A stretch of 64,000 bases of DNA from Paramoeba atlantica. Lineage: Eukaryota; Protista; Discosea. A program made the translations under genes and the position numbers. Where the stretch lies: positions 496,001 to 560,000 of the forward strand of contig CDRNVI010000044.1 in NCBI GenBank assembly GCA_977017575.1, in the 5' to 3' direction. Of this stretch, positions 11,487-22,344 are shown in pieces. The notes under the pieces were generated by a model that was not told where the DNA came from, did no database searches, and saw only the letters and a program-made list of their open reading frames with translations. The number at the start of each line of letters is the position of its first letter. Positions within the stretch are counted from its first letter, which is position 1.

Positions 11487-12815
11487 TCAGTACCGCTCGA
11501 GCTCCATGGGAAACCGTGCAATATCGGCGTCCCACTGGTCCCTTTCTGATACCCACGTAGGTACTTGATAGAGTTTACCACATGTATGATCAATAGGAAC
11601 TGGCGATTCCCATAGATCCTGGTTCATCAACCTGGCTTCTCGTTCGGCATAATCTACTTTATTGTTGTAGTTGTAGCAAATTATATCAGCTAGACTTTGC
11701 TGGAAAGGTCGTTTGTACTTATTGTTCCACTCAGTCAGATTCGGATTGTTTTGCGTCTCAAGTTGATATGCTTTCTCTTTATTTCTCGCTTCTTCATACA
11801 TGGGACACTGTGTTGCGTAGGGAACTGGAGGGTCATCACATTCTTTACAGTTTACCAGCTTTACGCCTCCTACGTGGTCAACATTTTTAAGCTTTACTAA
11901 CATTTCTCGAGCTCGGGTTGGGTTATCAAAGACGACAGTTGTCTCCCATGGACCAAAAATTTCATCCGGGTGCGTCGGACGCGGTCCCGGAGGACTCGGT
12001 GCCTCTGACGTCAGATTAGGAAAGAAATCGAGCTGAATAGTGTTCTTCTCTAGTATAGACAAACTTTCCCACTCGATTCTTTTCATGACATCCGTAGGAG
12101 GTTCCTGCGGTGGTGACCGTGCGGGTACACGTACGTTTCTCGCGCAAGTACCCTTGCTAAAAACTCCAGGAGCTATTTCAATTTCAACGTCATCCAACGC
12201 ACTGTTAAAGTTGTTGAAGCGGTAGTAATCTTGATGCGCTTGTTTGGCATAGTACCACTCTTCGAAGTCATTGTATGCGCGTCTTTTCTTTTCAAGCACA
12301 TCTTCTGGGAGCGTAGTAGAGAGGTTCACGATTCCCTTATGACTTTCGAACACCTCAGGAGTACCAAATGCTTCACGAATACTATCTTCCTCTGGTTTGG
12401 CTTCGGTGATCAACAGCAAACGCGAAGTTGTCTTTTTCGGGGGAGGTTGAGGTCCTGGCGGATAGCGATAGATTCCTCTTTGTAACCTTTCTTCAAAAAT
12501 TTGCATTGCTTTTTCAGTTGCCATGTCGTGCCGCTCTCTCATGACCTTCTTTATGTTCTGCTGCGATTTAATTAGAAGCTCTTTGCGCGAGGGTGCTGGC
12601 ATAGCGCCCAAGGTTTCTTGATGGACAATATAATGTCTCTCCATTGTATTCACTTTATTTTTTTCTTTCAGTACCGTGAACCATATTTGCTGCAAATCAT
12701 GAATAGACTTCTTTCGTAGTGCATCTAAAGTCCACTCTCCACCCGGGATCTTCGGTCTCTTCCCGACCAAAAAATAGGGGTCGACAAATTCTAGTAAGGC
12801 TCGCTGAGTCGCCAT
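11487..12815 (-). CDS. MRPL47: Mitochondrial ribosomal protein uL29m (MRP-L47) with a long kinetoplastid-type C-terminal extension
   Basis: GGEWTLDALRKKSIHDLQQIWFTVLKEKN matches the MRP-L47 core. First ATG is at 12815 (the track start is an alternative codon). Confidence 0.85.
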   Translation of the reverse strand: MATQRALLEFVDPYFLVGKRPKIPGGEWTLDALRKKSIHDLQQIWFTVLKEKNKVNTMERHYIVHQETLGAMPAPSRKELLIKSQQNIKKVMRERHDMATEKAMQIFEERLQRGIYRYPPGPQPPPKKTTSRLLLITEAKPEEDSIREAFGTPEVFESHKGIVNLSTTLPEDVLEKKRRAYNDFEEWYYAKQAHQDYYRFNNFNSALDDVEIEIAPGVFSKGTCARNVRVPARSPPQEPPTDVMKRIEWESLSILEKNTIQLDFFPNLTSEAPSPPGPRPTHPDEIFGPWETTVVFDNPTRAREMLVKLKNVDHVGGVKLVNCKECDDPPVPYATQCPMYEEARNKEKAYQLETQNNPNLTEWNNKYKRPFQQSLADIICYNYNNKVDYAEREARLMNQDLWESPVPIDHTCGKLYQVPTWVSERDQWDADIARFPMELERY

Positions 12816-13364
12816 AGAGGTAAAGGTAATATAAAACAAACGAAAGTGCAGCCAGAGGAATAGCTAGATAGAAGTAGAATGACCGTACTAATTAGATTGC
12901 CTCCCGCCCACATATACACTTTCACCAATTTACGTCTCTTTCTAGGTTGGCATGTTTACAAGCTAATTTCAGATTCGGACAGTCTTTTCAACCTCCCGTC
13001 TAGTTCTATTTCTTCTTCAGAAGCCCATCGAATAATGATTAAAACGAGTGCTATTCATAGTGATTAAACCCGAAAAATAGTTGTGTCTCTATGAGACGCT
13101 ACGTGCTTGAGAAGAATTATTTGAAACTAACACAAAGATTTTTTATCAAAAGTTTGACGCAATACAGCTTCACTTTCATCTCTTTGTATTGAGGGAGAAG
13201 GAAATGGTATTTTCGCTTTCTACATTACTGTGTACATTACGCACCTATAAACTACACTGTATATCATAGTGTACGGAATGCCACCAGATGAGCTAGGTCT
13301 TGTGAATGACAGAACACTTTTTTCGTCAAGCTGTCCATCAAGTTTAAACCACATGTGCCATTGG

Positions 13365-13830
13365 TCAACCGGAAACCGTTTCAAGTAAGACATGTCCATT
13401 GGAAGATATTTCCTTTTTAATGCTTCTCTGATGTTCATCCACGACGTATTGGAAGCGACTTGAAGTGATACCCAAAAAATACGCAATCCATTCTCCACAG
13501 TATTCAATCCGAGAAAAAATCATTTTGCCAACTGCTTGGATATCTTTTCCACTAAACATGTACGGCAGGCTAATTGCATAGTAAAAAAAACAAAATAAAT
13601 CACAGTAGAAAGGAAAGGACAGAACGAGATAAAAAATGTTACAGTAGAGAAGTGTGACAAGCACCATGCCCCCCATTTAATAGGGGTTCATGTATGTGCT
13701 CGATTCTTCCCACCGGGAAGGGAAAAATGTTTTCCTTCGAGATTTCCGCGTCTATTGACTCATCTTCCGGATCCCGGTTCGGACCATCTTCCGAATCGGA
13801 GCTTGCGAATTTCGGTGAGTGCAAAGCCAA
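13365..13830 (-). CDS. FAM177-like protein, apparently split by a +1 frameshift near 13670
   Basis: IEYCGEWIAYFLGITSSRFQYVVDEHQRSIKKE resembles the FAM177 motif CDFLGEKIASVLGISTPKYQYAIDEYYR. The acidic upstream ORF 13639-13830 overlaps it at a G6 run. Confidence 0.45.
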
Positions 13831-14253
13831 AGATTAAAACTCAGAAGAGTCTGATAGGGAAACATTTGAATTCACTGAACTGCTCTCCGAAGTTGCCTTT
13901 TGGAACTCGTGTAATCAGAGATCGTGTAACCAAATTTATATTCTAATACGAAGGGGCTGCGGGCGGGGATTCGGTGCGGTCTCGGTGCGGTCGCGAGTTT
14001 CCCTGTCGGCCAAAAACGAGATTTCTGAACGCTGATACACTACTTAATCATAAAAAGTACACGGTGTTATCAGTCGGAACCCGCGTGGGGGAGGACAGCA
14101 TCCATCCAATCGCTGCTTCAGTGGCAAGAGGGCCGCTTGACGTTCAGAAGGCTCTGCAAAAAAATACACAAAGAAAACATGCTGATGTAAAAAGATTTTT
14201 ATCGAACAAAATCAAACGTCTTGAAACGAAGATAGAGAAGAACTGCAAGACTT

Positions 14254-14620
14254 TTGCTGGATGACACTCTTGTTCCCTCGCGTCACAGGCTCAGCCAACT
14301 TCTCACCAACAATGGATACTCGTATTCAATGAAGAAGAGAGATCTGTTCTCACGCAGCGACAAAAAAGGGTGCGGAGTCAAATTTGCCGGGATAATGCTC
14401 AGGCAAAACTCAACCTTATTCGACCGTTTGACTTTCTCTGACGAGACACCAATTTTAGCAGGAAATTTGAGCAAGAAAGCATGACAGCACCCTGACGCCC
14501 GTCTTTATGGACCGCACACATCATCCAACGCAACTTATGGTGTGGGGAGCTTTTGATATATTCGGAAATTGCACGTACCACTGGCACTTTACGGAAAATG
14601 TTTTGTGGGATATGCGGTAG
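14254..14620 (+). mobile_element. Degenerate Tc1/IS630-like transposase fragment
   Basis: RLTFSDET (first catalytic D context) followed, after a frameshift, by HHPTQLMVWGAFDIFG (Tc1 xMVWGA motif); stops and frameshifts present. Confidence 0.5.
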
Positions 14621-14654
14621 TACAATGTACTGGATCCAAAAATTGCCAAAGACT

Positions 14655-15984
14655 TCAATGCTTACTTATAAAATGAAGGAGCAAGCGACAAGATCCCGCA
14701 GGACTATCAACAATCAATTGTACCATACTCATGGCTTCCTGCAAGTGCTGCGAATCAGAGAAATATGAACTCAATTTTCCCTTGATACAATCAAAGACAG
14801 GAGCATCTCGCAAACAAGAGGTTACACCTTCTAGCAAACCACTTTGTAACAACCAGAATTCAATCACCGATTTTTCACGAGAATTCGGCGTAACACGAAC
14901 TCGAAGTTGAGTAATTTTCTTTATTGCAGTTTCGGGTTCAATAATCATATTACAGAGTGGGAGAACACTATTGCTTACTAGTTGTGGGGGCGTCCATCTT
15001 CTCAGGCAGTTGCATACATAAATTCTGCAGCATACACATGAGCAATTTGGTTTCATATATTGCCAGTGAGCGTAAACTCCAAGTGCAGAACTTGCTCCAT
15101 TAAAATATAAGTAGTTTTCATGAGTTCGCGGTGTATTATGAACCCATTTTGTGACTTCTGTGACGCAGACTGCCGCAATACAAAGATTTGTTGATAGCAC
15201 CGCGGGAATAGTGCTTTTTAAGACGTTTCGAACAAAAGAAACTGATAAAATATCTTCTATTCCGTATTTAAAGGCATGTTCCTGAGCTCGCTTCGCTATC
15301 CACTTCATGTGTTTCATGTTTTTCCTCCTCATTGAGTGTGGTGTTTGGACCAAATGGTTGTTCCTCGTTCCATATTTTGTATGCTGCATACGAAACGCAT
15401 TGATCAAGCTGACGAGGAATACTTGGAAGAGAGCAGAGTGGAATATTCTCATGTCTACTGTTAGGATACAGATCCAATAAACAATTGATGCACGCCGTTC
15501 TTCCCAATTGTACAAGGTTACAATGTCCTTTGTACCCCTCAGTCCCAGTATCAAATAACGGAATGCTCTCTATTAATCCCTGCAGCAAGACGAATTCTGA
15601 TTCATTCGGGTTGGAAGTAAGAGAATCCGGAAGGCGCACAACTGAACAACGGGATACCGCATCATTCATCCATTTGCGAACCTCAACGTTATCCACGCCG
15701 AGTAGAACAATGTCAAACTGACGATAAAAAAGATCAGGCAAGCTTTGCGCACGCTTGAAATGAGAGGTAAACGTTTTTTTCGGGAATTTGTGACGCATGT
15801 ACTGCACAGCTACTTCTGATTTTGGTTTCCCCACGTCTCTCGCGTCGAACAAAAACTGTCTGCACAGATTTGAAATGGCAACAGTGTCCATATCTAATAC
15901 GTCTATGTTGTCAAAACCAGCATTAGCTAAACCCAATAGAAGTTCACAGCCCAACGCACCGGCACCGACTACTAAGAAACGCAT
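14655..15984 (-). CDS. UBA3: NEDD8-activating enzyme E1 catalytic subunit, with a one-base frameshift at 15319-15323
   Basis: Frame 1: LVVGAGALGCELL, DMDTVAISNLCRQFLF, DTGTEGYKGH, CINCLLDLYP and catalytic IPLCSLPSIPR. Frame 2 continues HMKWIAKRAQEHA...IPAVLSTNLCIAAVCVTE and an E2-binding-like tail. Confidence 0.85.
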
Positions 15985-16391
15985 TTTGTTCCGCCAAATG
16001 AGCCGAAGAGAGTTCACATCAAAATTTACATTTCATATTACTCAAAATATGTAAGCATATTAAGGGGGCTAAATCCTGGGCATTTTTCTCAAGGTATAAT
16101 ATTTTATGCGAGAATTTTATTGAATTCGAAACTCATTGGGATCTTCCGCAAGTATCGGGGGGATGTATCCGAGGGTATCACCCTCGAATGATCGCGCAGA
16201 TGGTTGAAACCAACATTGAGCATGTCATTTCTCGTGCCCAATTTAAGCCCACTTAAAGACGATGTGTTCCTCAGTAGCGGATTTTTGGGATTCGTTATTT
16301 GTTGAAAATTCTTATTCACAAATGGGGGATCCGGCCCCAATTAAATTTGCAAGCTCCCACATAAGCATTCGTTTTCAATAAATGAAAGGTA

Positions 16392-18137
16392 CTAACTTCC
16401 AATGTTTTCTTTCTCCAAAAGAGACAAAACATCACCTACGAGGTACAGTGAACCACAGACGAGAGTCAATGTTTTGGGTCTAAAACTTTCGCTGCCGCCA
16501 CAAGAAGCCGAATCACGTAACTGAAATTCCTTCTGAAAAAGATCTCCAAGGTGCACGACGTGAATTGGTACTTCCGCAAGATGTAGCGGCGCGAAAAGCT
16601 GAGCCTGCCTTAATGCGTGGGCTTGCTCCATTTGCCATTCCATCGCGTCGCTCTTATTTAGAGCGTGATTATCGGTATCAATATTTCTAGCGGTAGTGCG
16701 CTCTTTACCATTTGACTCTGATTCAATTAGATCGAGGGAAGGCCTACTTGAGGGAAAAAGACTATCCCCGCGCGATGAAGGACAAACAACGTAAATACAA
16801 GTTATCAATTGGGGAATAACTGATGATTTCCCCAAAAAGCTGTGCATTAATGTGACAGGGTCTCGAGGACGCATACAATTAAAAAGAACAGCAATGCGCG
16901 GAAATGACTGGAAGTCGAAATTGGGAATCGGAGGATGCTGCGTTGTCAGATAATTTAAAACCCATGTTGCGCAACATTCCATACTCTCTATTGTATGTGC
17001 CCCGTCTAATAAGAAAGTGGTTCCTAGCTCTCTAGACTTAATCTCCATGCATCTACCTTCATACGTAAAATTTCTTAGACACTCGTACTCGGTAACGTCA
17101 ATAGAGCGTGCGAGAATACTTTTCAATACGTCAAACCCAGGAACGAAATTGGTGCATTCAACATTTCTCAAATTTTTGGTATCTTCAAATCTTCCTCGAG
17201 CGATACCTCCTCTATTAATCTGATACAGGGCGCTGCGTACCAAGAATACAGCTAAAGACGCATTTTCACTCATGTGCTCTCCACCAATATCGGTCTCATC
17301 CATAATACTTTTTGGAGCTACAAATAAAGGGGCCATGACAGTTTTTGCTTGCTCAGCAAGTACTTCAGAAACCTCATTTCGTATATAATTCGAGTGTGAA
17401 ATAATTGTAGGGACTCTGGGACGAATGATCGCTGCTTTTTCACGAGCAATAGCCCCCAGAGTGTTACCCAGAATTTCCATGTGATCATGACCAATGGATG
17501 CAATTCCAGTGGCGGTGATATGCTGCAAAGCGTTTGTCACGTCGTATCTACCCCCAAGGCCAACTTCAACAATCAAAAACTGCGTGTCGAAGTGAATCGC
17601 CGTTTCAAAGAACATAAGCGTCATGTAAAAGAAGAAAAGGGATCGTGGTGGTCCTCCGTGTTGGAACGTCTGTGTGATGGACTTCGCGCAAACCTCAGGG
17701 TTAAAAGAATCGCTTTCTTGAAATGCTTCATTCGGATGATTAGACAGTAATTTAGTGTATACGGAAGAAAAAGAACGAGCGAAATCGACTTCGCAGATTG
17801 GAACGCCATTAATGCGAATTCGCTCCCTAACGCATTTTAAGTGAGGAGAAGTGTACGTAGCAGTTTTGTATCCATAGGAACGCAATAGCTTTTCGCACAT
17901 CATTGCTGTTGTTCCCTTGCCTTTCGTACCTGCAATATGAATGACATCCAACTTTGATAGTTTTTCTAGATATTCGCAGCGTCGTAAAGCATTACGCATT
18001 GCATTAATATTTCGCGAGGGATGAACAGCGTTCGACCCTTTTGCAATAGACGGGCAATTGGCCCCTTTAACACCACTGCCGGCTCGAATAATAAAATGAT
18101 CGAGACAACGTAAGGCGGCTGCATAAGAAAATTTCAT
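16392..18137 (-). CDS. FPGS: Folylpolyglutamate synthase
   Basis: HIAGTKGKGTT, YTSPHL, VEVGLGGRYDVTN, LDGAHTIES and VCGSLYLVG motifs; first ATG at 18137. Confidence 0.95.
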   Translation of the reverse strand: MKFSYAAALRCLDHFIIRAGSGVKGANCPSIAKGSNAVHPSRNINAMRNALRRCEYLEKLSKLDVIHIAGTKGKGTTAMMCEKLLRSYGYKTATYTSPHLKCVRERIRINGVPICEVDFARSFSSVYTKLLSNHPNEAFQESDSFNPEVCAKSITQTFQHGGPPRSLFFFYMTLMFFETAIHFDTQFLIVEVGLGGRYDVTNALQHITATGIASIGHDHMEILGNTLGAIAREKAAIIRPRVPTIISHSNYIRNEVSEVLAEQAKTVMAPLFVAPKSIMDETDIGGEHMSENASLAVFLVRSALYQINRGGIARGRFEDTKNLRNVECTNFVPGFDVLKSILARSIDVTEYECLRNFTYEGRCMEIKSRELGTTFLLDGAHTIESMECCATWVLNYLTTQHPPIPNFDFQSFPRIAVLFNCMRPRDPVTLMHSFLGKSSVIPQLITCIYVVCPSSRGDSLFPSSRPSLDLIESESNGKERTTARNIDTDNHALNKSDAMEWQMEQAHALRQAQLFAPLHLAEVPIHVVHLGDLFQKEFQLRDSASCGGSESFRPKTLTLVCGSLYLVGDVLSLLEKENIGS

Positions 18138-18561
18138 GATCCCGTATGAGCCCAAGAAAAACTTCGAAAAGCAAGGTGTTATGTGCGCTACAGCAGCAAA
18201 TACTGGCAAAAGAGAGCCTAAAAGGCAAACATTGCTGAATTTAAGCCTACAAAATAAATTTTACACATGTTTTAATTCCTGTTTATAATCCACTAGTATC
18301 TCCTTAGAAGCGGTACGTACACATGTATTAACACATGTAGTACATAGTAATGCATAGTATTTACTCATCAAATAGTGTTTGAGTAAATACTCTGTGTAAG
18401 TACTCTGTGTGAAACACAGAGTAACATTATTTTTTTCACGAGCCGAGCCACATGATAGAAGAAAACAATTGAACTTTGTCTGCAATTCTGATCAACCCTA
18501 ATACATAAAACACTATTTACTAACCGTCTGAAGTTAGATCTGGAGCCTCGTTGCAACAATT

Positions 18562-21126
18562 TCACGTTACGTTCTCGGTTGAAGGTTCTACACTCTTCTG
18601 TTGATAGCTATCCTCGCCCCCTTTCTCAACACTGTCGCTATCGATATCATCGACCGCTGCATAATTCTCATTGGCTGGAGCTGCAGAAGTGATCTCTTCT
18701 GTCTGAGACACACTTGGAAAGATCTGCTGCAGTGCTTTTTGTACGAAAGCATCAAAGTATGCCAACACGCAGTTCAGCGCCTCGTGAATATACAATTGAC
18801 CGGTCTCACACTGATTCTCCAAAACCACTTCGGTTATTTTCACCATCCTCTCCGCAATCTCCGCCCCCAAGTCGTACCTTTGATGCGGTGGGATGCGTGC
18901 GAACGCCTCCAACACAGCGTAATACACAAGTAGCTTCTTGTGTGTGTCTTTTTGATATTGATGGCTGAGACGAAGTGCTATTGTGTCAATGATGTAGGAG
19001 GAAAAGAGGCGTCGTTTCGTAAGATATATGCCGAGTGCCTCTTTACCATTGGCTCTGCGGACGGCATCCACGAGTTCACAAACGCGATCAACTTGATTCC
19101 GACCAAACTGCTCCTTCGGGTCACAAAGTTCATTGTAGTAGTCCAAGTATCCTGCATCTCGCGTGCTCTCCTCGTTCGGCATCGCAGCGTCTTGTGCCCC
19201 TGGCGCTGGAAAAGGATTGGAGGGTGGAGGAAGCTCGTGGGAGACATCGCTTCGCCAGTCCGCTTCCGTCCCCGTATAATCCTCCGACCTCTCCTGCGGG
19301 ATGGGAAGAAGAGCTCGGCTGTCGGAAACACTCAAATCCTCTGATTTCTCCGACGGCATTATTCGAGTATTTCCATTCTCACCTGCGGGGGGATTGTACA
19401 TTGTATTTCCAAAACGAACCTTCACCTCGATCTCTGCAATCTTATTATCAAACTCCTCTCGTAGCCGCGCTTGTGCCCCCACGGCATGGTCCACTGAGAG
19501 AAAATTAATAAACGCAAACCCCTTCGTACGATCCGGCATCGCTGTCGACATGAACCCCTCCCAGTTTTCAAAAAACCCACGCACCACCTCATGCGTGTGA
19601 ACCTCCTCCACAAGCCGTCCCACCCATAACACATTGGTGGGGTTCATTTTCTCCTGTCCTCCACCTCCAGCACCCCTCCCCCCCTCCCCGCTCTCCCCGT
19701 AACCCCCACCATCCCGCCCCCTCTCCTGCCCCCCCTCCTCCCCCACCCCACGCTCCCGACTCTTTCCATAGTTTAACTTCACCACCCGCCCATGGAGTCG
19801 TACCCCTTGACGCTGCTCCATCACTTCGGTACACTCCCGTTCCGTTGGAAAAGTCACAAACGCAATGTGACGGTGCGGGAGGAGGGCCACCGTGACCCGA
19901 GGCGCATCCCCGTCCCCGTACCCCTCATGACGCTCCCCGTAACCCCCACCCTGCTGCTCCCCACCCCTCCCATACCCGCTCCCGCCCGGCACGAACGCCT
20001 CCCGTACCTCCCGCTCCGTTACCGCAGGGGACAGCCCCCCAAGGAATAACACATTGGAGGGCTGGGGAGGGGGAGGAGGCCGGGGCGTAGGGGCGTAGAG
20101 CGGGGAGTAGTCCGGGTAGGTGCCTGGTGGGGGTACAGCGGGGTAGGAGGGCCCCGTGGGATAGGAAGACCCTGTAGGATAGGAGGTTCCTGTGGGGTAG
20201 GAAGACCCTGTAGGATAGGAGGTTCCTGTGGGGTAGGAAGAGCCTGTAGGATAGGAGGTTTCTGTAGGGTAGGAAGAGCCCGTAGAAGAGGAGGGCCCCG
20301 TGGAAGAGGAGGTTTCTGTGGGATAGGAGGACCCCGTAGGGTAGGAGGACTTCGTGGGATAAGAGGTTTCTGTAGGGTAGGAGGTTCCAGTAGGATAGGA
20401 GGACCCCGTGGAATAGGAGGTTCCTGCGGGATAGGAGGACCCCGTAGGGTAGGAGGACTCAGTAGGATAAGAGGACCCCGTGGGATAAGAGGTTTCTGTA
20501 GAATAGGGGACATGGGGGGAGTAGGAAGGGGGAGTAGAGGAGGGGCAGGGGGGATAGGAGGGGTAGGGGGGATAGTGTTGTTGTTGTTGTTGTGTTGGTT
20601 GCTGTGATGAGGACGGTCTATGGGAGGGTGGGATGGGGTGAGAGGACGAAGCGGTGGACATGTCATAGGGGGGCTGAGAGGACGTGGGGGGAGGACCGTA
20701 GGCTGTGGGGTCGTATTCGGCGGGGATGGGAGGGTGGGGAGGAAGAGGAGGGTGTGCTGCGGGGTAGAGGGAGGAGGAAGGGGAGGAGGTTGTGGTGGAG
20801 GGGTGAGGATGGGGCGCGAAAGAGGAGTGAGGGGGGGATGCCACGGAGGGATAGGAGGGGTAGGGGGTGTGGTTTGGGGGTGGGGGGAAGGTGTGGGGTG
20901 CGGTGTGGGGAAGGTGCGAGGGGCGCGGAACTCCGGTATCGGGGAAAGGGGGTGTCTTGATGGAAGCGGTTTCTGTTGCGGATTTTGAGTCATCGAGTGG
21001 ATTATGGGGCATTCCGGTAAGAGAAACGGTGGATGGGTCCACTGATATTTTACCGCCGAGAGCACTGTAGTTACTATGCGTGGGTGTAAAACCGGATCGA
21101 ACCCAACCTTTTTTAGCTGTACTCAT
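18562..21126 (-). CDS. RNA-binding protein with two RRMs, a Pro-rich N-terminus, a hexapeptide repeat and a helical (CID-like?) C-terminal domain
   Basis: RRM1 VLFLGGL...HIAFVTF...VKLNYG; RRM2 VLWVGRL...KGFAFINF...VKVRFG; about 20 (Y-P-T-G/E-S/T-S) repeats. Confidence 0.8.
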   Translation of the reverse strand: MSTAKKGWVRSGFTPTHSNYSALGGKISVDPSTVSLTGMPHNPLDDSKSATETASIKTPPFPDTGVPRPSHLPHTAPHTFPPPPNHTPYPSYPSVASPPHSSFAPHPHPSTTTSSPSSSLYPAAHPPLPPHPPIPAEYDPTAYGPPPTSSQPPYDMSTASSSHPIPPSHRPSSSQQPTQQQQQHYPPYPSYPPCPSSTPPSYSPHVPYSTETSYPTGSSYPTESSYPTGSSYPAGTSYSTGSSYPTGTSYPTETSYPTKSSYPTGSSYPTETSSSTGPSSSTGSSYPTETSYPTGSSYPTGTSYPTGSSYPTGTSYPTGSSYPTGPSYPAVPPPGTYPDYSPLYAPTPRPPPPPQPSNVLFLGGLSPAVTEREVREAFVPGGSGYGRGGEQQGGGYGERHEGYGDGDAPRVTVALLPHRHIAFVTFPTERECTEVMEQRQGVRLHGRVVKLNYGKSRERGVGEEGGQERGRDGGGYGESGEGGRGAGGGGQEKMNPTNVLWVGRLVEEVHTHEVVRGFFENWEGFMSTAMPDRTKGFAFINFLSVDHAVGAQARLREEFDNKIAEIEVKVRFGNTMYNPPAGENGNTRIMPSEKSEDLSVSDSRALLPIPQERSEDYTGTEADWRSDVSHELPPPSNPFPAPGAQDAAMPNEESTRDAGYLDYYNELCDPKEQFGRNQVDRVCELVDAVRRANGKEALGIYLTKRRLFSSYIIDTIALRLSHQYQKDTHKKLLVYYAVLEAFARIPPHQRYDLGAEIAERMVKITEVVLENQCETGQLYIHEALNCVLAYFDAFVQKALQQIFPSVSQTEEITSAAPANENYAAVDDIDSDSVEKGGEDSYQQKSVEPSTENVT
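20141..20508 (-). repeat. In-frame 18-bp coding minisatellite (about 20 units, YPTGSS/YPTGTS/YPTETS)
   Basis: Plus-strand units such as ggataggaggaccccgtg and ggtaggaagaccctgtag repeat with period 18. Confidence 0.9.
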
Positions 21127-21600
21127 AGACTATGATAGTAGTGTATTGTAGGGCTGATTAGTGTAGATAAAAGAAAGTAAAATCGAACCGAATCTTTTTT
21201 AGCTGTACTTTTAGTAGTGTGTTGTAGGGATATACAGTAGTGTAGTTTGAATAATATAGCGTTTTTGAATAATATACCGGAACGGATCTACCGTTCTCCG
21301 GGTTAGATAAAAGAATGCAAAATCCTCCAAAAAAAGTTGTAATATTTTTCGGGTAACCGGTACTATAAACGTAGGTTAAAATGTATTTTCTTCTGATGAT
21401 TTTTTTCTTCTCAAAAAAAACCTTTACGTGACTTTCTAAAACGTTTCATACTCATGACGTTCCAGCATCATATGTTTGGAAAAAAAAGTTGTTAAGAGGC
21501 TATTAGCAGTTATTTAGACATGTGATTTCACAACTTAGACTAGTTTCCAAACGACGTACATGTATGAAAGGCGCCTTCCTGTGTTTTAGGCGATTTACAC

Positions 21601-22344
21601 TCACTTCTTTAAAATAGGATTTCCGTCATATCGACAATTAAGCTTGGGATACGTCAGCAACTTTGCGAGCCCAACGATCTCATTAAATTGGTTCTCCTGT
21701 AGCTCAAGAAGGTCCATTTTCTGTGGTACCTCTCGAACGTCAATTGTCCCCACAAGCAGGTTGTTTCCCAGATATAACTCCTGCATGCCTTCTGGCAGAG
21801 CATGGAGTTGGATCACCCCTTGAAAATGGTTATGGTCAAGCCACAAAATTTCCATTGACGGGGGGAGACACGTGAGATCGACCTCCCCACTTAACACGTT
21901 CCGCTGGGCCCACATCACAACCAGCTCCCGGGGAAGCGCTTGCCACTCGACCTTCCCACTCAGCGCGTTCCAGTGTATCTCTATCCTTTCCAGGGTCTCC
22001 GGGAGCGCTGTCCACTCCAGTTTACCCTGCAGGTCCATCCCTCGCCAACGCAGCGCCCGCACTGCCCCCTCCGTCTCCCGGACAATCCCACTCCACTGGT
22101 CTAGCGGGGCCGGGGTAGCCTCCGTAGATAGTCCTAGCATTGTGGATTTCTCCTCACACCATGTGGCGTGGCGTCGAGTAAGCGGAGCCACCAGATGCCA
22201 CAGTAGCTCCTCTGGGGGGAGGAGCTCGCGACGGGGTCGTCCCCGGCGGTTGTGTGAGCCAGAGCTATCTTCAGTACGTATTGCATATATGAGGGGAATG
22301 GAAAGCGGTGGATGGCACGCCTGGGCCGAATCCGGATAAAACAT
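21601..22344 (-). CDS. Leucine-rich-repeat protein (LxxLxLxxNxLxGxIDLxxLP type)
   Basis: Repeats LPETLERIEIHWNALSGKVEWQA and LPPSMEILWLDHNHFQGVIQLHA; paralog at 53800-54645. Confidence 0.85.
   Translation of the reverse strand: MFYPDSAQACHPPLSIPLIYAIRTEDSSGSHNRRGRPRRELLPPEELLWHLVAPLTRRHATWCEEKSTMLGLSTEATPAPLDQWSGIVRETEGAVRALRWRGMDLQGKLEWTALPETLERIEIHWNALSGKVEWQALPRELVVMWAQRNVLSGEVDLTCLPPSMEILWLDHNHFQGVIQLHALPEGMQELYLGNNLLVGTIDVREVPQKMDLLELQENQFNEIVGLAKLLTYPKLNCRYDGNPILKK

Noticed and set aside
13560-13670. cis-intron joining the two FAM177-like ORFs
   Set aside because: The GT...AG pair I tested gives an out-of-frame product, and cis-introns are very rare in kinetoplastids.
16104-16340. 78-aa ORF between UBA3 and FPGS
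   Set aside because: Short, with no motif; may be UTR.
20141-20508. Possible CRISPR-like array
   Set aside because: Contiguous 18-bp in-frame units with no spacers; eukaryotic context.
20019-21065. 348-aa Pro-rich alternative-frame ORF and several plus-strand Gly-rich ORFs
   Set aside because: Shadow frames created by the stop-poor GC-rich repeat inside the RRM gene.
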